Shown here: positions 48,249-56,645 of the stretch, piece by piece
Layout of the letters: the number at the start of each line of letters is the position of its first letter
Numbering within the stretch: the stretch's first letter is position 1
Assembly: GCA_048884785.1 (NCBI GenBank)
Contig: JBHLQM010000003.1
Coordinates: forward strand, 66,887 to 130,886
Length of the DNA stretch: 64,000 nt
Direction of reading: 5' to 3'
DNA from: Candidatus Thorarchaeota archaeon
GTDB lineage: Archaea; Asgardarchaeota; Thorarchaeia; Thorarchaeales; Thorarchaeaceae
The notes under the pieces: model-generated
Databases searched by the model: none
What the model saw: the letters and a program-made list of their open reading frames with translations, nothing else
What the model was told of the DNA's origin: nothing
Made by a program: the position numbers and the translations under genes

Positions 48249-48851
48249 TTATTCTTCTCCCTCTAGCGTGAGAGATTTGTTTTCCACCTCTGCCAGAGCC
48301 AGATTGAATTGTTCACTAATCACTCTATGCAGGCGAGGTACAACTGATGCAAACAGTATTGCATTTGAAACAACATGCACAATCATGAATGGAAGTCCTG
48401 CTACTAATGCAATAAGAAAAGGAACACTGAAAGTGAGAGAATACCCAATATTTGTAACAAAATCAAAGATGGCTGTAACTACAAGACCTATGCATCCAAT
48501 CTCAATAGGTGAGAATAATTCTTTGTATACAGATTTCCTTGGTTGACCTACAATCGAACCAGCTATTACAACATAGATCCAACCAATGACCTGTGAGAGC
48601 CATATTGAGGGTATGAAGCCGCCCCATGGATTGAGGGTACCAAATACAATTGAAGTGATTAATGTGCTCCAGAAGGCCATCTGGAGCCCAAAGATATAGG
48701 CTGTCAGAAAGAGGACGATTGTTCCGAACTCCACATTGGGAATAAAGACTACGCTATAATTGCCAACAATAGCCAGCGCGGTCATTGTTGCCGTTATTGC
48801 AACCCATCTTGTGCTTCCGGTTGTCAATCGGCCTCGATCTTCAGCCATCAC
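48249..48851 (-). CDS. ECF transporter S component (CbrT-like)
   Basis: A.M.AL, IPNVE, W..SQ..GW, G.PF...H..SN; 6 TM. Confidence 0.8.
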   Translation of the reverse strand: MMAEDRGRLTTGSTRWVAITATMTALAIVGNYSVVFIPNVEFGTIVLFLTAYIFGLQMAFWSTLITSIVFGTLNPWGGFIPSIWLSQVIGWIYVVIAGSIVGQPRKSVYKELFSPIEIGCIGLVVTAIFDFVTNIGYSLTFSVPFLIALVAGLPFMIVHVVSNAILFASVVPRLHRVISEQFNLALAEVENKSLTLEGEE

Positions 48852-48853
48852 GT

Positions 48854-49609
48854 CTACCCTCGGTCTTTCCGCCTTTTCCTCAATAATGAAACTCCAACAA
48901 TAATGATGATACCTATACCCGCTGAACCAAGTGCTATTGGCACCAATCCTGACGGGGCTGAAATGGAAACAAACTCTAGCACCAAGGAATATGGCACACC
49001 GAATGAATAGGATGTATTTGCCTGCATGAGAATGCCCGTTGCAGTATCATACGCCAGGAAGGTTTTTTGGGGTTCTCCAAATCCAGTCGGATCTTGCGTA
49101 TAATTGAAGGCTACCCAGTTGGACATTCTCCCATTGATTTCTAGGTTCAGATAATATATTTCCATGGTCCCATTCAAATAGTTGCCATACACTCTTTGAG
49201 CCGATTCCTCGGCTATAGTCGTAAGTTCATCGATGTCCTCTGCGCTGTTTTTGACCACAAAACCGGGAAGGAATGGGGTGAATCCAGCCACGCCTAGCAC
49301 GAGGTCATTCGCGATGTCTGTATCATTTGCCGCCCATGAATGATTGCCTAGTGTGATTTGCCCTACAACGTCATCACCAATCGAGGTGACTGTGAAGAGC
49401 ATTTCACTGTCGGCAGATGCAATCCACTTTCCTGTTCCAGACCAATATAGCGAGAACGGAACCTCTGATGATTCGATAACTCTCCAAGAGATTGTCACGT
49501 TACCAAGAGGCCCTGGGGCAATTGCACTGCTATATCCATTCGAACCCGCCACTGGCAAGGAAATAATCAGCGAAAGCAGAAGAGGTACTAAGAATATTGC
49601 TCTTTTCAT
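48854..49609 (-). CDS. Exported protein with C-terminal TM anchor
   Basis: Signal peptide, YDTATGILM, TM followed by RKRRK. Confidence 0.8.
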   Translation of the reverse strand: MKRAIFLVPLLLSLIISLPVAGSNGYSSAIAPGPLGNVTISWRVIESSEVPFSLYWSGTGKWIASADSEMLFTVTSIGDDVVGQITLGNHSWAANDTDIANDLVLGVAGFTPFLPGFVVKNSAEDIDELTTIAEESAQRVYGNYLNGTMEIYYLNLEINGRMSNWVAFNYTQDPTGFGEPQKTFLAYDTATGILMQANTSYSFGVPYSLVLEFVSISAPSGLVPIALGSAGIGIIIIVGVSLLRKRRKDRG

Positions 49610-50121
49610 AATCGATTCATTCTCCTCATGGTTGTTAGGTAGAGTATTCCCAAGAAGGAAGGTCCAATAATGAGCAGAGAGAGAATACCTATGATGGCAG
49701 TGGGATCATTGTAGGACGTTGTAGGCGGAGTGAAACTGGACGAAGTCCTTCTCCATACTATGTGATCACCATTTTCAACTGACATTAGGTTGGCCGCAAC
49801 TGGCGCAAATTGGTCATTTATCCAATATTGCCAATAGAGACCTAGCTCATCATCATTCTGCACACCCTCAATCGATACAACATATGCATAGATTCCATAC
49901 CATTCAACGGTTATATCCATTTGAGACTGTGTCACATTAAGGACGTTGGTTCCTTCAAGGTTTGAGAAGTGACTGATTGTGCCATTTCCAAAATCAACTT
50001 CGAGTTCAATGCCCGTTGCCATTGAAGTCATAAATGACTCATTAACCACTGGGTATTGCACAACAGATGCATTTGCTATAATCAGCATAAGAGTAAGCAG
50101 TTTTGCAGCAAGCACAATCAT
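49606..50121 (-). CDS. DUF4430 (transcobalamin C-terminal-like) surface protein
   Basis: YVVSIEGV.N...YWQYWIN....V.A.....NGD.I.W; C-terminal TM. Confidence 0.85.
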   Translation of the reverse strand: MIVLAAKLLTLMLIIANASVVQYPVVNESFMTSMATGIELEVDFGNGTISHFSNLEGTNVLNVTQSQMDITVEWYGIYAYVVSIEGVQNDDELGLYWQYWINDQFAPVAANLMSVENGDHIVWRRTSSSFTPPTTSYNDPTAIIGILSLLIIGPSFLGILYLTTMRRMNRL

Positions 50122-50200
50122 TCAGCTCATCGTAGGATAGGTTATCCTACGAAATGATTTGGATTATAACTCTTACTAATAGGATAATTGTATCCAGTAA

Positions 50201-50456
50201 GAAGGTGCTTCCAGGAATAGAGGTATTTGTGAATCGACTGGACACAAGAACTCTGCAAGGGGACCTTAGACCCAAAATGGGTACTATTGAACGAACGAAT
50301 GCAGATTGCGCTAATGACGCAAATCGCAATCGCAGTCTTTCAAACATGGGAAGTGTCCAGTCGATTTTTCACTGATGAATCGAAGTGATTCAACCATAAT
50401 CTTGCGATTATTCCCCGTTCATCAGTCCCCTGACGCAATCTGATACTGGAATCTTC
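50201..50456. ncRNA. Candidate structured RNA (unassigned family)
   Basis: 14-bp, 9-bp, 9-bp and 7-bp perfect complementarities plus an end-closing stem within 260 nt of intergenic DNA. Confidence 0.5.
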
Positions 50457-50546
50457 CCTATATTTAGTTTTGCTGATTATTCACCGAAGCATCTAAAACT
50501 GACTAATAGGAAAACGCATCGTGCAGTAGTCAGGAGATACATCTAT

Positions 50547-51185
50547 TTGAGCGAAATTGTTCCGCGAAAATACCCGGGATACCTGTTCGTGCTGGAAGGC
50601 ATTGATGGGGCCGGTAAAACAACGATATGTGACAGGGTAGTTTCGTATCTTCTACAGGAACGACTTGATGTAATTCGGCTCCGAGAACCTACCAATGAGA
50701 GTCCTTGGGGTCAAGAGATTCGGATTCGCTCGCCAAAAGGAGAATTGACTAGTTATGAAGAACTGGACCTATTCATACGCGACCGTGATTGGCATGTTAA
50801 GAACAGAATAATGCCGTCTCTCAAGGCTGGAAGGATTGTCTTGATGGATCGCTACTTCTTCGCAACTGGTGCATATCAATCCACAAGCACTGGAATTCAC
50901 TGGAGTGAGATTCTTAGACGGAACCGTGAAGAGATTCACGCGCCTGAGCCTGATATTATTTTCATACTCGACATACCTGCAGAAATTGGCCTTGCAAGAG
51001 TTATGAATGATCGAGGTGAGCCCAATCTTCAATTCGAGCGATTGGAACGGTTGGTAAGGGTGCGTGAGGCGTATTTGGAAATGGTTGAGAATGATTCAGG
51101 AAGATATATTGTGGTAGATGCAACAAAACCCATTGAGAATGTTGAAGCTGAGATTGTGAAGGCAATCTTGGAGTCCATTCTATAG
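50547..51185 (+). CDS. tmk: Thymidylate kinase
   Basis: LEGIDGAGKTT, REP, MDRY..AT.AYQ, PD. Confidence 0.92.
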   Translation: MSEIVPRKYPGYLFVLEGIDGAGKTTICDRVVSYLLQERLDVIRLREPTNESPWGQEIRIRSPKGELTSYEELDLFIRDRDWHVKNRIMPSLKAGRIVLMDRYFFATGAYQSTSTGIHWSEILRRNREEIHAPEPDIIFILDIPAEIGLARVMNDRGEPNLQFERLERLVRVREAYLEMVENDSGRYIVVDATKPIENVEAEIVKAILESIL

Positions 51186-51346
51186 ATTTCTCTACAAAAA
51201 GCGAAAATAATGCCTAATTGCGATTAATAATGGAGATTTCCGGAAATGCGAATTATCTAGTGACAAGCTTTTTTAGTGACACACTCAGCATCGTTACAGA
51301 GATTATCTCCTACAAAAACACACAATGGGACCGGGAGAATTGAAAA

Positions 51347-52486
51347 ATGCCTGTCGCAATGCTGTTAATCGACTGGGATTCGAAGATTGGTGCTGTTCTC
51401 AAAGCAAAAGTTCCAGGGGACTTTGCTGATTACTATCGTGAGGATCTGAATACTGAAATTATGCGTATCTTTACTTCACATGCTATGGGTGATGCGACTG
51501 CGGGTTTCTCGTCGTTGAGCGTTCGCATCGGAGGCGAGGAATACAACGTTGCCTCATACTATACTGGAATCGTCAGGGAAGAAGAGCAGTATTGCATATC
51601 GCTCTTGCTAACCCCGTCAGAAGATGCAAAGACATACGAGGCAGCGATTACTTCAGTAGTGTCTCCAATTACCACTGCAGTCGTTTCAATGACTGATGCT
51701 GAACTGCAAGCTGAATTAGATAATACCTACAGACGAATTATACGCTTGGCGGGCATGACCGATGAGTCGCGGCTGGCCCGACTCTTTGCTGATGAAGTAT
51801 ACCGGGCTGTCTTTCCAAAGCTTTGGAAGGGAGGTATTACGAAAGAAGACCTTGAAGAATGGCTGAAGATGGTTACGGGTCTGCCCAGTGTAAGCGTTGA
51901 TTCAATTGTTGCGCCATTTGAGGAGCTTGGTATTGTCAAAACCGAGTGGGTTGATGAGATCGGAAGAACCTGCGTCTTCATGATCAAGGATATGGAGGTA
52001 TTTAGGGCCCCACCTCTGGTTTCCATGGAATCAGCATCCTCTGTCCTTGATCCAGAGCTTGCTGCTGAGTACAAAAGCGAGGTTTTGGAATTTCTTACCG
52101 AATGGCAGAAGACTCCAGAGGATACTGTTGCCATCGCAGAAATACTTGCTGATCCTGATGCGTACGATACACTCAGCGTACTGCGACGTCAACCAACCAA
52201 TATCTCTGAACTTGAAGCCACACTAGGAATTCCCCCCAAAGAGCTCAAACAAGCGATACAATTGTTGAAGAAATATAGGGTGGTTGCCGAGAAGAGAAGA
52301 AAGGGCGCCTCGGGCGAGTATGACAAGTGGCTATTCCTACTGAATGATATTCGTGTTAGGCTGTTCTTCCCAGAATACTTCCTGAACACACTTGTGACAG
52401 ATTTAGAAAAAACTCCTGATGACTCGCGCCTGATGGAAATGGTTCATCAACATCTGCGTCTGCTAAGGGATAACTTTCCAAGATAG
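51347..52486 (+). CDS. Longin/uDENN-like domain + tandem winged-helix protein
   Basis: LLIDWDSKIGAVLKAKVP N-terminal hairpin; beta-rich longin-size domain; two WH-like segments. Confidence 0.7.
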   Translation: MPVAMLLIDWDSKIGAVLKAKVPGDFADYYREDLNTEIMRIFTSHAMGDATAGFSSLSVRIGGEEYNVASYYTGIVREEEQYCISLLLTPSEDAKTYEAAITSVVSPITTAVVSMTDAELQAELDNTYRRIIRLAGMTDESRLARLFADEVYRAVFPKLWKGGITKEDLEEWLKMVTGLPSVSVDSIVAPFEELGIVKTEWVDEIGRTCVFMIKDMEVFRAPPLVSMESASSVLDPELAAEYKSEVLEFLTEWQKTPEDTVAIAEILADPDAYDTLSVLRRQPTNISELEATLGIPPKELKQAIQLLKKYRVVAEKRRKGASGEYDKWLFLLNDIRVRLFFPEYFLNTLVTDLEKTPDDSRLMEMVHQHLRLLRDNFPR

Positions 52487-52586
52487 ACACGCACACCCTA
52501 TCAGGGAATCAATTAGTCTTCTTCATCCTTGAAGGTATCATTTGCATGAATATCTTTAACTCTCTTTGGTTCAATGAAGATATGGC

Positions 52587-53150
52587 ATGAATACGAGAAC
52601 TAGGTTTCTATTTCTTGGATGTGTCATTTTTATTCTACTTGGATTACTACTTGTGGCACTTCCCCGAGAACGGTTGCTCTCTAATGAGGAATACACACCT
52701 CTACAGGCATATCCCACATACTACTATACGAGTTTCACAGTGGAGAATGCCGATTCAAACGCAGTGATTCGTATTAATCTCGACGTAGAGCGCGGCGGGA
52801 ATTTCTCTCAATATTCAACCATGTGGATTCTCTATCAGCTCACACAATTTCAGTTTGAGGAAAGCTTCAACATAACTGAAGTTTACAACATAATGCACAG
52901 TGGAGACTGGAGCGAAAACTGGACAGTCCACTATTTCTGGTTAGGCGGGATTCTCGGCGACTATATACTGCCCTCTGGAGAGCCTATTCCTCCTAGTGCC
53001 TATGTCTTTGTATTTTGGATTGAGCCCGAAGACCCAATAATGGGTTGGTCTGCCACCCTCACAATATCTCTGCAGACAAGTATACTCACATCGTCTCCTT
53101 TGATACCCACATCCTCTCCTTTGAAATGGCTCTTCAGGTCAGGTCTTTGA
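52587..53150 (+). CDS. Hypothetical protein with N-terminal TM anchor
   Basis: TM then aromatic beta-rich domain. Confidence 0.65.
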   Translation: MNTRTRFLFLGCVIFILLGLLLVALPRERLLSNEEYTPLQAYPTYYYTSFTVENADSNAVIRINLDVERGGNFSQYSTMWILYQLTQFQFEESFNITEVYNIMHSGDWSENWTVHYFWLGGILGDYILPSGEPIPPSAYVFVFWIEPEDPIMGWSATLTISLQTSILTSSPLIPTSSPLKWLFRSGL

Positions 53151-53212
53151 TGTTCATTTGAGAGTCCATTCTGGCTAACTATTTATCTTATCTTGGGAGC
53201 TGGAATTATTTG

Positions 53213-53574
53213 GCAGAAGGTGATACAAGTGAGAATATAACACTCCCTTTTACCGCTTGACGTATTATGGGATGTCCTTTCGTATTTTGGAACACTAGGA
53301 AGGTTCATATGTGCAAGTTTCACCCTGCAGAATGTATCACTCAGGTGATACACCTTCGAAGCCAACAGTGTTGAGCCTCGGATCCCCCGTCATAGGAACT
53401 CGCATTCGCAACACACGGTTACGGTCCCTAATTGAGTTTCTAACGCATTGGTCCCTTCTGAGCTGTAAAAGCTCGGAACTTGCGCATAACTGATTTCTTC
53501 CGGGCGCTCAGTGCTGAAGGCATCCACGGATGCGGGACTTCGGTCCCGTTTCCAATCGAAGTCCACTCTTCTGT
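53213..53574 (+). ncRNA. Candidate ~360-nt structured RNA (unassigned family)
   Basis: End-closing stem, C(UUCG)G hairpin, several 7-9 bp stems with G-U pairs on +, TATA-like box about 28 nt upstream. Confidence 0.55.
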
Positions 53575-53692
53575 GTATACTACCTGCGATAAATTAGGCA
53601 TTATAGACAAGATTATCTCATAAGCAGAGGGATAGAATTTTGATAACGACTGTAGCCGCAGCCATGCCGACTATTTCCAATGGTGATATGTT

Positions 53693-55675
53693 GTGATCCA
53701 CAATACATTCCTCATTCGAGCTTCGACCAACGAGATTCTAGCAAGCACACAATACTGGCCTGTTGAAGTCGACAAAGCAGCTCTGAATGAATTCATTGCA
53801 ACTCGAGAAGAACTTCGTAAAGAGGATTCAACACTGGCAAACTTTCCATTGATTATTGGAGACGACAAATTTCAGGGTCGGGACTTGGCTACAGATGTGG
53901 TTCTTATTTTTGTGACTGATAAGGGGGAGGACGAATCTGCAATTGGAGATCGACTAGATTCTGCAGTATCCTCTTTAAGAAAGCGACTTGCAAAGAAAAG
54001 CCTACCAGAAGTATTGGATACTTTCGGGTCTATCATCGAGCCTTCCATCATTACTCGTTTGAAGATTGCCCTGGTTGGAGAAGGTGGTGTCGGAAAAACT
54101 ACAACCCTTCACCTCCTCATGGGGGACACACCCCCACTTCAATACGTACCAACAATCGCACTTAACCTTGAAACGGTTGAGAACATCCGTTTTGGAAACT
54201 ATTCACTTGTGCTTTGGGATTTTGCTGGCCAGGAACGGTTCAGAAATCTCTGGAAATTCTACTTCCATGGAGCAGACGTCATCTTCCTAGTATGTGATTC
54301 ATCCCTGCGGAACGTCATTATTAGCAAAGATATTTACAAACTCATTAAGCGCGATGCACCTAAGGTGCCTGTATTTGCTCTTGCGAATAAACAAGATAAG
54401 CCCAATGCGATGAGATCTGAGGTTGTACAGAAGATATTGGGCATTCCCACATACCCCATGGTAGCAATCGACAAAAGTCGTCGAGATGAGATGCTGCGGA
54501 TACTAATGACCGCTGCTGCACAGTTTGTTGGTGTCGTTCTTCCTGACTTACCAGCATCTGAACTTCTGCGATTTACTGATGAAGCAACAGCAGGTGCAAT
54601 AGAGACTGAGCAGCTAAGCTCAATGAAGGAGATTGAAGAAGAAGAACAAGAAGCTGATGTTGAGGAAGTTTTCGTCGATGAGGAGGGTCATATTCTAACT
54701 GCAGAAGAGATGGAAGGAGAATTTGACTACGAAATTGTTGAAGAAGTCATTGAAGTCGATGAAGAGGCAAATGAAATTGAAGCGGATGAATTAGAGGTGG
54801 CCTCGTCAGAGGAGATGCTCGATGCTCCGGTCGAAATGACTGATGAAGTTTCAGAGGCTGCAATTCCTGAATCCGAAGAAGAACCCACTATGCCAAAAGC
54901 TATGCTTGAACAAGAGATAGCTACTGAAGCCACAAAAGATGAGGCTGAGATGCCTGTTGAGCCCGAAGACACGAGGATTTCGGACTCTGAACCAATCACT
55001 GAATTTGCACCTCCTACCGAAGAGGATATAGCTGATATTGAAGTTGATTTGACTGCTGAGGAGGAACCCACTTCCAAGCTGGAGGAGCCAGCCGAAACCT
55101 CCACTGAACATTGGGTTGAGGATATTGAAGAAGAAGTACATTCTGATGTTGATGAAGACATCACAGTACAAGAATCACCAACTCCTGAGCCCAGCCTTGA
55201 AACATCTCCAGAGGCTTCAAAATTAACTGAGGCATGGGAGCTTGCTACAGTGTCAACTGATGATAGAGATGAATCAGCTGTTTCTATTGAAATGACAGAG
55301 GATATGTCGGAAGAAGCAATAGGAGAACATCCTGTCGAATCCGATGATTCGCGCAGAATGGCCAAGGATTTAATCTCAGAAGCGCTTGATGCAGATGATA
55401 TTATCGCGGCTGAAATTGAGAGAGTTTCGGAAGATGAATTGCATATAGCTCTTGAGGCGTTTTCAAGTGATGAAACAGTTTCAAAAGATGAAGAAGAGAA
55501 CGAAGTTTCAACCGAACAGATTGCCCAGGAGGCTTTGAAAGAACTTGAAGACATCTTGGGTCCTGTGGACGAGCAAACGTCTTTGGATGAAAAAGCAGAC
55601 ACAGATGATGTAGAAGAGGACCTCGATGCCCTAGACACATTGTTTGCGATGATGTTTGGGGATGATGACAAGTAA
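53693..55675 (+). CDS. Longin-like domain + Arf-like GTPase + long acidic disordered tail
   Basis: GEGGVGKT, YVPT, WDFAGQERFRNLW, NKQD; ~120-aa N-domain; ~360-aa Glu/Asp-rich tail. Confidence 0.88.
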   Translation: MIHNTFLIRASTNEILASTQYWPVEVDKAALNEFIATREELRKEDSTLANFPLIIGDDKFQGRDLATDVVLIFVTDKGEDESAIGDRLDSAVSSLRKRLAKKSLPEVLDTFGSIIEPSIITRLKIALVGEGGVGKTTTLHLLMGDTPPLQYVPTIALNLETVENIRFGNYSLVLWDFAGQERFRNLWKFYFHGADVIFLVCDSSLRNVIISKDIYKLIKRDAPKVPVFALANKQDKPNAMRSEVVQKILGIPTYPMVAIDKSRRDEMLRILMTAAAQFVGVVLPDLPASELLRFTDEATAGAIETEQLSSMKEIEEEEQEADVEEVFVDEEGHILTAEEMEGEFDYEIVEEVIEVDEEANEIEADELEVASSEEMLDAPVEMTDEVSEAAIPESEEEPTMPKAMLEQEIATEATKDEAEMPVEPEDTRISDSEPITEFAPPTEEDIADIEVDLTAEEEPTSKLEEPAETSTEHWVEDIEEEVHSDVDEDITVQESPTPEPSLETSPEASKLTEAWELATVSTDDRDESAVSIEMTEDMSEEAIGEHPVESDDSRRMAKDLISEALDADDIIAAEIERVSEDELHIALEAFSSDETVSKDEEENEVSTEQIAQEALKELEDILGPVDEQTSLDEKADTDDVEEDLDALDTLFAMMFGDDDK

Positions 55676-55762
55676 AAACCATTGGAATAATCCAGAATTA
55701 GTTGCCAGTGCGGAAGACTGATTTGCCAGTTCGACCCCTTTTGAAAGCGGGTTTTTCAGTAT

Positions 55763-56125
55763 ATGAAGCTCAATGAAGTTGAAATTGGCAAGAATGTTCC
55801 CGAGCTTATCGTTCGGATTGTGTCAATAGCTCCTGCTAGGATTGTACCAACTAAGAGTGGCAGAAAAACACAATTGACTGAAGTTCTGGTAGCTGATGAA
55901 ACCGGTACAGCCATTTTGTCCCTCTGGGGATTCAGAGAAGGACAGGGCCTATCTGCAGGAAAAATAATCAAAATAAAAGATGGATGGGCAAAGGAGTGGC
56001 AGGGAAAGATGCAGCTCACCCTTGGACGCGCCGGAACAATGGAAGAGCTCCCCGATGATGGCTCCATGCCTCAAACAAAGGATCTTCTTACTGAAACCGA
56101 CAGTTACCGCGGTGACACCATATAG
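55763..56125 (+). CDS. ssb: Single OB-fold ssDNA-binding protein
   Basis: VADETG...LSLW, IKDGW.KEWQGKMQLTLGR. Confidence 0.88.
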   Translation: MKLNEVEIGKNVPELIVRIVSIAPARIVPTKSGRKTQLTEVLVADETGTAILSLWGFREGQGLSAGKIIKIKDGWAKEWQGKMQLTLGRAGTMEELPDDGSMPQTKDLLTETDSYRGDTI

Positions 56126-56144
56126 TTCTCGGCAAGGTGACTGT

Positions 56145-56642
56145 ATGACATTTGCGTATCTCTCAGGGCCGATTATCCATGCCAATCTCCGGAAGGATGA
56201 GTTCTATCAGGCAATTGTCAATTATTTAGAATCCAGAGGTATCAGGGTTTTCGCCCCACAGTTTTTGAAGTCCGATGATCCTGCTGAAATCTATACTCGT
56301 GATGTGCAACAAGTACGGAAGTGCGATTTCTTGATTGGGGAAGTATCGAATCCCTCTTTGGGTGTCGGAATGGAGATTATGCTTGCGATCGAGCTTGGAA
56401 AACCTGTGATCCTATTTAGAAATCGGAGTTCTGAGAATCTCTCTCGAATGGTGCTGGGTGCAGATGGGAAGGTATTGTTTGAATATTCATCGATTGACGA
56501 AGTGATTGAGAACCTTGAAGGAATTAATCTAACTGCTTTGACGATTTCCACATGCCCCCTATGCCCCTCAAAAGTTGGAGAGCTTACCAATAACCGGGTT
56601 CGCTGCATCAGTTGCAGTGCATACAGCTCCTATGGAGGATAG
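56145..56642 (+). CDS. Nucleoside 2-deoxyribosyltransferase-like protein with Zn ribbon
   Basis: YLSGP, IYTRD, EVSNPSLGVGME, LSRM; CPLC...CISC; ATG 56145 after AGGTGA. Confidence 0.85.
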   Translation: MTFAYLSGPIIHANLRKDEFYQAIVNYLESRGIRVFAPQFLKSDDPAEIYTRDVQQVRKCDFLIGEVSNPSLGVGMEIMLAIELGKPVILFRNRSSENLSRMVLGADGKVLFEYSSIDEVIENLEGINLTALTISTCPLCPSKVGELTNNRVRCISCSAYSSYGG

Positions 56643-56645
56643 CAC

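Noticed and set aside
50225-50431. Hammerhead ribozyme (CTGATGA and GAAA on the minus strand)
   Set aside because: CTGATGA is sequestered in a 9-bp stem, and the stem I/II/III order and NUH site do not fit
50122-50460. Canonical cobalamin riboswitch
   Set aside because: No B12 box (AGYCAG.A.AC), GCCACUG or GCAACUG motif on either strand; kept only as an unassigned RNA
53213-53574. SRP RNA, standard archaeal RNase P RNA or group II intron domain V
   Set aside because: No paired helix-8 CAGG..GNRA..AGCA, no GAGGAAA.UCC with a matching P4 strand, no AGC/CGC domain V hairpin
54727-55671. 314-aa Ser-rich minus-strand ORF
   Set aside because: Antisense shadow of the Glu/Asp-rich tail of the GTPase
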